DNA from: Lingula anatina
Taxonomy: Eukaryota > Animalia > Brachiopoda
Length of the DNA: 64,000 nt
NCBI GenBank assembly: GCA_051362555.1
Contig: CM120646.1
Coordinates: forward strand, 24,056,001-24,120,000
Reading direction: 5' to 3'
Position 1 is the first letter of the stretch; each line of letters opens with the position of its first letter. The notes below the pieces were generated by a model. The model made no database searches. It saw only the letters and a program-made list of their open reading frames with translations, and had not been told where the DNA came from. The position numbers were made by a program, and so were the translations under genes. Below are positions 26,400-39,515 of this stretch, piece by piece.

Positions 26400-29300
26400 T
26401 CACCACTTTTTGATTTTGATGATGATGGCTGCTATGGCGCAGAGTCCCCATCCCCAACCTATAGCCACCAGAAACCCGCGCCATACCTCCATGTAGGTGA
26501 TATCCCAGCCTGAAATTACAACCAGGGAATTTTTTAAATACATTTATTAGTTTATGAGAATTATAAATAGTATATATACTGTATGTGGAGATGGCAAATC
26601 GCTATAAGTATATGTCCTCATCTTATAATAAATCTAAAATGTAACCAATTAACTAATAAATGTATATTCATTATTGAGAAAAAAAAAGAAAAAAGTCATA
26701 TTATGATAAATACTGAAATGATAATTTTAAAAATAAGTTGATTACAGGGGGGGTTGGAGGGTCTGGCACATCTGAGGGTGGCTGTGGGAGGGGGTAGGCA
26801 GTGGGCGAGAATCAACCTGAGGGTGGCTGTGGGAGGTAGTAGACAGTGGACTGGAATCAACCTGAGGGTGGCTGTGGGAGGGAGTAGACAGTGGACTGGA
26901 ATCAACCTGAGGGTGGCTGTGGGAGGGAGTAGACAGTGGACTGGAATCAACCTGAGGGCGGCTATGGGAGGGAGTAGACAGTGGACTGGAATCAACCTGA
27001 GGGCTGCTGTTGGAGGGAGTGGACAGTGGACCGGAATCAACCTGAGGGCGGTCAAGTGGCTAGTTCAGAAATGCACATTTTATAGTAGGAAATTTGCCAC
27101 TAAATACATACAGAATGAATGAATGGGGGGCTGAATTTAGATGAAAACCTGAAGGAGGAAAGCACTGAGTTACTGAAAAATACCAGAATGAATGAAGGAA
27201 CGTGGGGGTGGGGAGTCTTACTGCTGTGTCTCAAGTTATAAAATTATTGGTTCATATGTTTTTGAGAAATGATTAAATAAGAGCAGCCCATGTAACTCTC
27301 TTAGAAAGTTCTCTTTATGAATGGTATTTTTTTTCCTTCACATGGTGTAAATGTTTCCATTATTCTTTATACAAAAATATAATGCAGCACAGTAATACAG
27401 AAAGGCAGTTTTAAAAGCTTCTGCTATTTTCTTTAATGCTAACATGATATTTTCTGTTCAACTGTAATCATTAAGGTTCTCACCTCTACTAAGGATACAC
27501 CTCATTGCTTCTGCTGCATACGTGGAGGGCATAGCAATACTGACATATCTCAGCCACGGCGGCATAGCTTCTAGAGGCCATATTATACCTGAAATACACA
27601 TGTACATATACTGACATATCTCAGCCAAGGCGGCATAGCTTCTAGAGGCCATATTATACCTGAAATACACATCTACATATACTGACATATCTCAGCCAAG
27701 GCGGCATAGCTTCTAGAGGCCATATTATACCTGAAATACACATCTACATATACTGACATATCTCAGCCAAGGCGGCATACCTTCTAGAGGCTTTATTATA
27801 CCTGAAATAAACATCTACATATACTGACATATCTCAGCCAAGGCGGCATAGCTTCTAGAGGCCATATTATACCTGAAATACACATGTACATATACTGACA
27901 TATCTCAGCCAAGGCGGCATAGCTTCTAGAGGCCATATTATACCTGAAATACACATCTACATATACTGACATATCTCAGCCAAGGCGGCATACCTTCTAG
28001 AGGCTTTATTATACCTGAAATAAACATCTACATATACTGACATATCTCAGCCAAGGCGGCATAGCTTCTAGAGGCCATATTATACCTGAAATACACATGT
28101 ACATATACTGACATATCTCAGCCAAGGCGGCATAGCTTCTAGAGGCCATATTATACCTGAAATACACATCTACATATACTGACATATCTCAGCCAAGGCG
28201 GCATACCTTCTAGAGGCTTTATTATACCTGAAATAAACATCTACATATACTGACATATCTCAGCCAAGGCGGCATAGCTTCTAGAGGCCATATTATACCT
28301 GAAATACACATGTACATATACTGACATATCTCAGCCAAGGCGGCATAGCTTCTAGAGGCCATATTATACCTGAAATACACATCTACATATACTGACATAT
28401 CTCAGCCAAGGCGGCATACCTTCTAGAGGCTTTATTATACCTGAAATACACATCTACATATACTGACATATCTCAGCCAAGGCGGCATAGCTTCTAGAGG
28501 CCATATTATACCTGAAATACACATGTACATATACTGACATATCTCAGCCAAGGCGGCATAGCTTCTAGAGGCCATATTATACCTGAAATACACATCTACA
28601 TATACTGACATATCTCAGCCAAGGCGGCATACCTTCTAGAGGCTTTATTATACCTGAAACTAGAGGATCAGAGAGGCGATACCGCCTCCGAATATTGTAC
28701 CACCAGCTGGAGCAAGCGCATTCGTATAGACCCCCCCATACACAAAATAAGGGACACAGCCACCAGTTTTGTGCTTGACAAGCTGTAAAAATGCAATCAA
28801 CAAGAATTTTTAAACTATTGCAAAAAATATATATGGTACAATCAAATTTAAGTTCTTCGTAAGGTAGGTCAAGGGTCAATTTCAAGGTCACAGTAAATTG
28901 CCAGTATATGACTTCCTATTCAAGTTCAAGAGTAACTATGGACCTATCTCTGTCAAGTTTGAAGTTAAAAGAGAAAGAAATTAGCAGAGTTCAGTTCATG
29001 ATAAAAAGTAGGTCAAAGGTCAATTTCAAGGTCACATTTAGATTGCCAGTATATGACATTCTATTCAAGTTCAATAGTAACTATGGACCTATCTCTGCCA
29101 GTTTTGGAGATAAAAGGGAAGCAAAATTTGCAAAGTTCAGTTTATGGTGAAAAGTAGGACAAAGGTCAATTTTAATGTCACATTTATAATGCCAGTATAT
29201 GACTTCCTATTCAAGTTCAATAGTAACTATGGACCTATCTCTGCCAGTTTTGGAGATAAAAGGAAAGCAAAATTTGCAAAATTCAGTTCATGGTGTAAAG

Positions 29301-32300
29301 TAGGTCAAAGGTCAATTTTAAGGTCACATTTAGATTGCCAGTATATGACTTCCTATTCAAGTTCAATAGTAACTATGGACCTATCTCTGCCAGTTTTGGA
29401 GATAAAAGGAAAGCAAAATTTGCAAAGTTCAGTTCATGGTGAAAAGTAGGTCAAAGGTCAATTTCAAGGTCACATTTAGATTGCCAGTATATGACTTCCT
29501 ATTCAAGTTCAATAGTAACTATGGACCTATCTCTGCCAGTTTTGGAGATAAAAGGGAAGCAAAATTTGCAAAATTCAGTTCATGGTGTAAAGTAGGTCAA
29601 AGGTCAATTTTAAGGTCACATTTAGATTGCCAGTATATGACTTCCTTTTCAAGTTCAATAGTAACTATGGACCTATCTCTGCCAGTTTTGGAGATAAAAG
29701 GAAAGCAAAATTTGCAAAATTCAGTTCATGGTGAAAAGTAGGTCAAAGGTCAATTTCAAGGTCACATTTAGATTGCCAGTATATGACTTCCTATTCAAGT
29801 TCAATAGTAACTATGGACCTATCTCTGCCAGTTTTGGAGATAAAAGGAAAGCAAAATTTGCAAAATTCAGTTCATGGTGTAAAGTAGGTCAAAGGTCAAT
29901 TTTAAGGTCACATTTAGATTGCCAGTATATGACTTCCTATTAGAGTTTAATAGTAACTATGGACCTATCTCTGCCAGTTTTGGAGATAAAAGGGAAGCAA
30001 ATTTTGCAAAGTTCAGTTTATGGTGAAAAGTAGGTCAAAGGTCAATTTTAAGGTCACATTTAGATTGCCAGTATATGACTTCCTATTCAAGTTCAATAGT
30101 AACAATGGACCTATCTCTGCCAGTTTTGGAGATAAAAGGGAAGAAAAATTTGCAAAGTTCAGTTCATGGTGAAAAGTAGGTCAAAGGTCACTTTCAAGGT
30201 CATAGGAAGATTGCCAGTATATGACTTCCTATTCAACTTCAATAGTAACTATGGACCTATCTCTGCCACTTTTGGAGATAAAAGGGAAGCAAATTTTGCA
30301 AAGTTCAGTTCATGGTGAAAAGTAGGTCAAAGGTCACTTTCAATGTCATAGGAAGATTGCCAGTATATGACTTCCTATTCAACTTCAATAGTAACTATGG
30401 ACCTATCTCTGCCAGTTTTGGAGATAAAAGGGAAGCAAATTTTGCAAAGTTCAGTTTATGGTGAAAAGTAGGTCAAAGGTCAATTTTAAGGTCACATTTA
30501 GATTGCCAGTATATGACTTCCTATTCAAGTTCAATAGTAACTATGGACCTATCTCTGCCAGTTTTGGAGATAAAAGGGAAGAAAAATTTGCAAAGTTCAG
30601 TTCATGGTGAAAAGTAGGTCAAAGGTCACTTTCAAGGTCATAGGAAGATTGCCAGTATATGACTTCCTATTCAAGTTCAATAGTAACTATGGACCTATCT
30701 CTGCCAGTTTTGGAGATATAAGGGACTAAATGTTATAATTTTGGAGTTACCATAATGTGCCTTAAATTTCGTACAGAAAAAATTAATTAAAATAAAGAAA
30801 ATGTCATTTTGGTCAAAATTCTTGAAATAGGAGGTGCTCTGAAGTTTCAGAAGTTCAAATTTGATGAAATAATGTCATTTTTGAACACAAGTTGTCTGCT
30901 TTGCCAAGCCTTATGTTTTATTTTTCCAGAGTTCAAAATTTATTATCCATTACCGTACTGCACATTATGCTTTTACCACTACTATGTACTTTTTGATACA
31001 GCGTAACTCGAAAACCGTATGGAATACAAAAAAACCGAGACCACCTCCAGTGTTGGGCTTTACATGCTCTACAAAATGCAAAAAAGAATGGGTCTCTAGC
31101 ATTAACGGTTCCCGAATTAGAGACAGTTTTCAGTTTCGGTATCTTATGGTCGCTACTCCCGTGAAAATGCACCGATTGACCCCAAATTCATGGAGATGAA
31201 AGATGACCTGAAGGGTAACACTTTCCAATAATATTATTGGTTAAGTCTGTGTGGTGTCTGAATAACAGGGCAAAAAAATTTTTTTTCGTAAAAAATTTCA
31301 TTTTTTTGAAAATTTTGGCCCATTTGACCTTGAAGTAAAGGTCAAAGGTCAAATCCAAGGGTATATTTGAAATCTACACATATGACTTTTGGAAAGCTGT
31401 CTATAGAAATTTTTCCCATAACTCCTTCCGTAGGGTAGATAATTAGCATTTAATTTTGCCATTTTTAGACAAGGGTGCATTGCAATGAGTGCCACACCCA
31501 GACCCCAATACCGACAAAGCCCAAATTTTACGTGGAACGAGTTGAGATTATAGGTGACCTAAATCCATGAGATGGGTACGGGGGCCCTTACCGTCTAGGA
31601 GGAGAAGCGGTAACGGTAGCCGTCCGGCGGAGCCGGCGGAGCCAACGGAGCCGGCGGAGCCGGCGGAACGATCCGGACGGGACCGAAACCATGTGTACCG
31701 CCAGCGCTAACGCTGGTGGTACAATAAACATCTACATATACTGACATATCTCAGCCAAGGCGGCATAGCTTCTAGAGGCCATATTATACCTGAAATACAC
31801 ATCTACATATACTGACATATCTCAGCCAAGGCGGCATACCTTCTAGAGGCTTTATTATACCTGAAATAAACATCTACATATACTGACATATCTCAGCCAA
31901 GGCGGCATAGCTTCTAGAGGCCATATTATACCTTAAATACACATGTACATATACTGACATATCTCAGCCAAGGCGGCATAGCTTCTAGAGGCTTTATTAT
32001 ACCTGAAATACACATCTACATATACTGACATATCTCAGCCAAGGCGGCATAGCTTCTAGAGGCCATATTATACCTTAAATACACATGTACATATACTGAC
32101 ATATCCCAGCCAAGGTGGCATAGCTTCTAGAGGCCATATTATACCTGAAATACACATCTACATATACTGACATATCTCAGCCAAGGCGGCATACCTTCTA
32201 GAGGCCATATTATACCTTAAATACACATGTACATATACTGAAATATCTCAGCCAAGGCGGCATAGCTTCTAGAGGCCATATTATACCTGAAATACACATC

Positions 32301-35177
32301 TACATATACTGACATATCTCAGCCAAGGTGGCATAGCTTCTAGAGGCCAAATTATACCTGAAATACACATGTACATATACAGACTGGGGCTGATGAAAAA
32401 AACTCCTTTTATCCCAGCAGATTCACAATTAAATGAGACAGAGAGCAATACCTTACCACTCAGTATTATAACAGGATATGCTGTGCCTAGAGCAGCTTGT
32501 ATGGCAGACTGTTCCTTGTCACATACAGCTGATATGAGTAAACCCAGAGACATGCCTGCAAAGCCCTCAATCAACACCAGTAATATTGCCCAGATGACAG
32601 GACCACGCGATGGAACCTGGAAAATAAATAAATATGTTGTACAAACACACTATCTTTTGCAATTTTAATAAATGTGCCAGAAGGTAACTGAAAGTAATTA
32701 ATGAAAATAATACTTTGTAAGAAATTACAAACAAATTATATCAGTATTTAAACCCTTGTTCTAGTATCCAGCACTGAATAAAAATTTTTTAAGTGTTCAA
32801 CTAAAATAATTTCAAAAGGTACCACATCTCAAACTGAAGAGAACATTTATCCAAAGATTTACCTTGAAGACAAGAACCACAAACTAAAGAGAACATTTAT
32901 CCAAAGATTTACCTTGAAGACAAGAACCACAAACTAAAGAGAACATTTATCCAAAGATTTACCTTGAAGACAAGAACCACAAACTAAAGAGAACATTTAT
33001 CCAAAGATTTACCTTGAAGACAAGAACCACAAACTAAAGAGAACATTTATCCAAAGATTCACCTTGAAGACAAGAACCACAAACTAAAGAGAACATTTAT
33101 CCAAAGATTTACCTTGAAGACCAGCAGTGTGAAGACAAACAGCAGCGCCATCTGTACTATGAGCACCAGGAACTGTGTCAATACATGAGCCACCATCACT
33201 TCCATCACATTGACTCCTGACAGTGGAAGACAGAGAACATGACACTGAGTGTGCTGGTGGACAGTGACAGCATGATCTCTGCTACGTTTACTTTTTAATT
33301 CACATAAAGAGCAGGCAATAAAATATTACAACTGAAACAGCCATTTATAAGTGATATCTATTTGTGATAAATTGTGGCAAGGCAGAAGTTATAGCAGGGA
33401 TGCTAGTGGGGTCTGGAAAGAAAACCTGAACTTTTCTTTTGGCAAAGACCGGGGGGGGGGGGGGGGGGGTACAAATTGATTATGAAACAATTACTATATT
33501 TCAAATTTTATTTAATAAATATATTGCAATATATGTCATCACAACTTCATGGTAATTTTCAACAGTTGTTTCCAAGGATAATCTTGACATTGACAAGATG
33601 GAAGTGCCATCAGTACATAAACACCTACCACCCATAGTAGACAGTAATGATCCTTCACGTAAGCTTGATAATCACCAGCATGATAATGATAGTCACTAAA
33701 TGTTAATCCCTTTCATTTATCATTTTCAAAGATTGGTAATGGCTTTCGTGGTAATGCCCAAGCAACAGTGGGGCTCCAACTGCAGTCTCATTAATCAAAG
33801 TTTCTAAAACTCCAACTAAATCTATTTTTGACAGTAATGTCGATGTTTCTAATATCGTCTGTTCCCCTCTCCGCGAAATCCATTTAGTTTGGTTTAGTTC
33901 AAAATTCCGCGCACGCGGTGTCAAAACTTTCCACATGGGTGCCGACATTAAAGCCTACATTTCCAACCAATCAAGCGCCATAAATAAATCACGTGCTACG
34001 GTTGTGACTAGATATTGTGTTGAAACGCAGCTCTGTCGCAATGGTTGAAATGCGACGTTCCTCTGACGCATCGTTCGTCCAGTCCGCGACCACGTTAAAA
34101 ACGAGAATTCCAGAACAAAATATAGTACCAGAAAATTTTATAACTGGACGCAAAAAACCGGAATTCCGGTAAAAACCGGAAGACTAGCATCCCTGTTATA
34201 GTATGTTTTAGAAATAATAGTAACAACTTTAAAATAATCAACAGGCTTCCTAAATATAAATTCTTGCATAAGTGAGTTAACAGGCACCCACAAACACACA
34301 CACACACACGCACACACACACACACATGCAAACAAAAATGAGCATACCTGTTGTCAGACTCCTGTCCAACAGTCCTTCCTTCCTTTCCAGTACAAATGCC
34401 AAAGCTGTGAGTCCACAGGCCATGAAGAATGTAATACTGGAAAAATGAGATCACTATAACAGCAGCTGGGTGTGACATTGTGTTAGTTTGTTAGATGAGA
34501 TCACAGGCCATGAAGAATGTAATACTGGAAAAGTATTATCACTATAACAGCAGCTGGGTGTGACATTGTGTTAGTGTGTTAGATGAGACACATTTAGAGA
34601 AGAGCCACTTAAATTTATGATAACTATACTTTGAAACTTTTTAACATTAAATTATTTGCCTCTCAATAATAATTATAATAAAATAATAAGTAGAAAAGTA
34701 ATGAGGATTATTAACATACATATCTTGTACCAATAAACAAATAAAGATTTAGACATATAAATAAACCTCCATATCTATACTTCTATTCAAAACTATTAAA
34801 GCTGCTACCTGATGATTATCCCAGGGGCCATGAAGTTGGTAAAGGAGGGCTTCCTGTCACCATAAACTGGCTCTTCCAACTGGAAATATATATGACTGTT
34901 CAAACTGACCATATTTCCTTCATCAGCCTATTTTTAGCACACACATAAAAGAACTCTCACATAACCCCATCTCAAACTTTCTCTCTGTCTCTCTCCCATT
35001 CACAGGCACACACTCTGCCATGCCGCTCCCCCTCTCTCCATTCACCTCTTTCCCATTCATCTCTCTCTCTCTCTCTCTCTCTCTGTTCCTCTCTCTGTAT
35101 CTTTTTCACCCTTTCCCTCACTCTCCCTCCCTTTCATCCAAACTCTCTACTCTCTATATTAACTCCTCTCTCTTCCT

Positions 35178-35223
<46 letters not shown>

Positions 35224-38200
35224 AACTAACCTTCACTGGTAAGTCTGCTGCGTGAACATTAAGTCCCAAACTCCTCAACATGTCGGTGGTGAATGCCTGG
35301 AACCCTGTCATGATCTCCTGTTGGATAGACAGGGCTATCTGCTGGTCTAAACACACAATATCAGTATATATGATGTGATAGACAGGGCTATCTGCTGGTC
35401 TAAACACACAATATCAGTATATATGATGTGATAGACAGGGCTATCTGCTGGTCTAAACACACAATATCAGTATATATGATGTGATAGACAGGGCTATCTG
35501 CTGGTCTAAACACACAATATCAGTATATATGATGTGATAGACAGGGCTATCTGCTGGTCTAAACACACAATATCAGTATATATGATGTGATAGACAGGGC
35601 TATCTGCTGGTCTAAACACACAATATCAGTATATATGATGTGATAGACAGGGCTATCTGCTGGTCTAAACACACAATACTAGTATATATGATGTGATAGA
35701 CAGGGCTATCTGCTGGTCTCAACACACAATACTAGTATATATGATGTGATAGACAGGGCTATCTGCTGGTCTAAACACACAATATCAGTATATATGATGT
35801 GATAGACAGGGCTATCTGCTGGTCTAAACACACAATACTAGTATATATGACATTCATAGAAAACACCAAAAAAATGTGTTTAATCCACCATCTACTTCAC
35901 CTCAACATTTAGCTGACAAACATCAGGCAGGTGATTCAATATATTTCTTTATTCTGTAAAAAATGCTACATATAATTATAAATATGCAGCGTTATTTGCA
36001 GTTTTAACTGTCAATATCCCCAAATTCTCTCTTACTTGTCATATCCAGATAGAGTTTGACACTGCTGCCATCTATTGTTTTGTTGTCCACACTGCTGGTA
36101 TTACTAACTCTGGAAAAACAAGACATAAGAATGTTTATTTTACATTTTTCATGGGAAACAAAGTGCTAATGTCTTCATTTTACTATGGCCAATTTAACCC
36201 CATCTTTATGTACAGCCTGTTTTTCAATGTGATACACACACATTACATTACTTTTATAATTTATCACAACCTAAGTTTGTGAAAGTGTGTAACTTCATAT
36301 CTACTCGTGATACGTCAACTCAGACCATCATAACATTGGCAAACTATAACAATTACCTAAGAAAAAGATCCTGAGTGAAATTCTTGCCAACAAACACTGC
36401 CCCCCAGGCGTCTCCTTGCTTGACAGTGTTCAAAGCAGAGGTAAGATCACTATAATTGACCTGAGGAGAGAAGACACAGAATTTACAGTTATAATGCTAC
36501 AATGATGTTAGAAAAATGTAAAGTCAGCGTGCTCTGCCATTAATTTTGTTTTTTACTGTTATTTACAGTATTAAAATCTTGATTGTCAGATATCTTACTG
36601 ATAACCACCTAAAAACAAATTCAAACATTTCACCATAAAGCTTTGACAACACAACAAACGCCAATAATTTTCTGACATTATCACTATTTGACATGTTATT
36701 ATTTCTGAATCAGCTACCTTTGCAAAGGTCTCATTACTCAAGTGATTTATGACCATAGCCCCACAGTTCATTCCCAGCATGCCTTGGTCTTGGTTCACTA
36801 TGGCAACGGTGAGGTCACGTGGCTCTGGACCAATACACAGACAGAACAGAATAATCTGGATGGAAGGTAGCATGAACTCAAAGAATAGAAACCTGGAAAG
36901 ACACATTTATAACAGCAGTGATGTGAAGGAGGATTGCTAAAATAGTCTAAAATGGTATAATTCTTGAAAAGAGGCTATTCACCTGGACAGCCTCATTCCC
37001 TGACGAAGATATTATGCTAGACATCAAAATATTGGACGTAAAAACTACGTCAATATTAAGCTGTTGACTGAAGAAAAATTACTTTATTCCTAAATTAGTC
37101 ATGTTTTAGACAAGCAACAAGTTCAATCTGAAGAAGATGTCTTCCTGGACTCACCCAAGGTTTCTGCTCATGATAATCAGGTTCTTGATCACCAGGGCTA
37201 AGATGTTGGTAGGTTTAGGAAGAGAAAACCAAGACCAGCACCTGGTACAACACTTACTGCTGTGCTCTAGGTCTGGAAGGGTAAATATACAGACAGTTAA
37301 TATACACTTACTGCTGTGCTCTAGGTCTGGAAGGTTAAATATACAGGCTGTTAATATACACTTACTGCTGTGCTCTAAGTCTGGAAGGGTAAATATACAG
37401 GCTGTTAATATACACTTACTGCTGTGCTCTAAGTCTGGAAGGGTAAATATACAGGCTGTTAATTCACATAAATCATTTGTTTCACCAGGTTGTAAATGAT
37501 ATGATATCAGTTATACTGTACCTACCAGTGGAATGTGTATTGGTGGAGAATTCGCCAGGCTGTAAATGTCTATAATGTTTGGAAGTTGAACTACGCTGGC
37601 TATCCTCCAACAGCTGGCTTCTGTCTCCATGGTGACGGAATTCTATACTGTACGCACTGGTCTCAGCACCCTGAAGACAGACGGAAGTGTTGAAGATTAA
37701 GTCATCAAAATTTTTGTAATCTAACAACATAACTCTAGTCGAACCAGCAAGCACATTTGTCTACTGTCCACATGACTCTCAAACAAAACCATTTTCTAAG
37801 CAACTTCTGTAAATATATTTGATATTATTAAGTAAAGTCAAACATACTTCAAGAGATAAAAATAAACTCTGCAGGAATATAACTTGAATACATCATGAGA
37901 TTGTACATTCAAATCTACTAAAAATGAAATAAAACTAAAATGCCCTAGTGTGTTGCCCAGTTATACTGGTCAGTTACCTGAAAGACCAAGCTGTCGTCAG
38001 TGTACACAGTGTTGTCTGTGGTGTTCAGCAGTAAGCCATCTGTAGTAACACCAGGTTCTGCTGTATCTGCCAGAGTGCTGTCTTGCTGGCAAAGCTTGAG
38101 AAACACATCTTCCAGAGTCTAGAACAACAACAGAAACACACCTTTCAGAGTCTAGAACAGCAACAAAATACAAACTTTACAAAAAAGGAATCTTGTTGTT

Positions 38201-39434
38201 GGTTTTAGCTTGTTTAACTAGGAACTATATATAGCCTGTATGGTCAACCCTCTGGTCACTCAGAACAGCATGGACCAAAATGAACTAGTCCAAAGATTAA
38301 ATCTACAGATAAAGGAAAACAATATTAAACAACTGTTTCCACCAGTTAAACAATTGCTCTACTTTGAGACATCCATTTTACAAGATCATACCAAATCTAA
38401 TGGTCAACTCCCAGTGCCCTCTGTTCTTATACTGACCTCCATTCTGTGTGTTATGAGAAGATGTTCAGGACTGGATTCAGCCAAAAGTTTTCTCTGTCGC
38501 ATCAATCCCACCTGGAACACAGCTATCACTATAACTGATATCTTTATATACTTCAACAAATAGCAATATGGGCAGTTTAAAGGTACTTCATCACTACAAG
38601 TCTACCAGCCACTGGGCCTATTAATACTAGGTATATAACTGTGCTCACATCTCACTCCATATACCAACATCTCACAGGATTATAACAATATTACAAGGTA
38701 TATATATATATGTGCTCACATCTCACTCCATATACCAACATCTCACTGGATTATAACAATATTACAAGGTATATATATATATGTGCTCACATCTCACTCC
38801 ATATACCAACATCTCACTGGATTATAACAATATTACAAGGTATAAATATGTGCTCACATCTCACTCCATATACCAACATCTCACTGGATTATAACAATAT
38901 TACAAGGTATATATCTGTGCTCACATCTCACTCCATATACCAACATCTCACAGGATTATAACAATATTACAAGGTATATATCTGTGATCAGGTCTCACTC
39001 CATATACCAACATCTCACCAGATTATAACAACATTACAAGGTATATATCTGTGATCACATCTCACTCCATATACCAACATCTCACTGGATTATAACAATA
39101 TTACAAGGTATATATCTGTGCTCACATCTCACTCCATATACCAACATCTCACTGGATTATAACAATATTACAAGGTATATATCTGTGATCAGGTCTCACT
39201 CCATATACCAACATCTCACCAGATTATAACAACATTACAAGGTATATATCTGTGCTCATGTCTCAACTGATATATACCTAAGCATATTAGCAGCTTGTCA
39301 GAGTTCTGGTTAAAACAACTAGGTTTTAATTTTTATCTACATCAGAATAAATTTATACCAGAGTAAGACAACATATTACATATACATATAGCAGAGTAAG
39401 TCCAGATTTTTACTATGTCAGCCTGCCTGGCCTC

Positions 39435-39515
<81 letters not shown>

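Noticed and set aside
26696-27122. ORFs on both strands with 15-aa repeats
   Set aside because: By-product of a stop-free 45-bp minisatellite inside an intron.
28908-29943. Overlapping ~100-aa ORFs as genes
   Set aside because: They are translations of the 146-bp satellite and recur every 292 bp.
27537-32380. Regular repeat arrays as a CRISPR locus
   Set aside because: Units are head-to-tail with no unique spacers, there are no cas genes, and the context is a spliceosomal eukaryotic gene.
38630-39260. 67-bp minisatellite as another junction repeat
   Set aside because: It lies wholly within the intron, more than 100 nt from either splice site; counted as a non-junction control.
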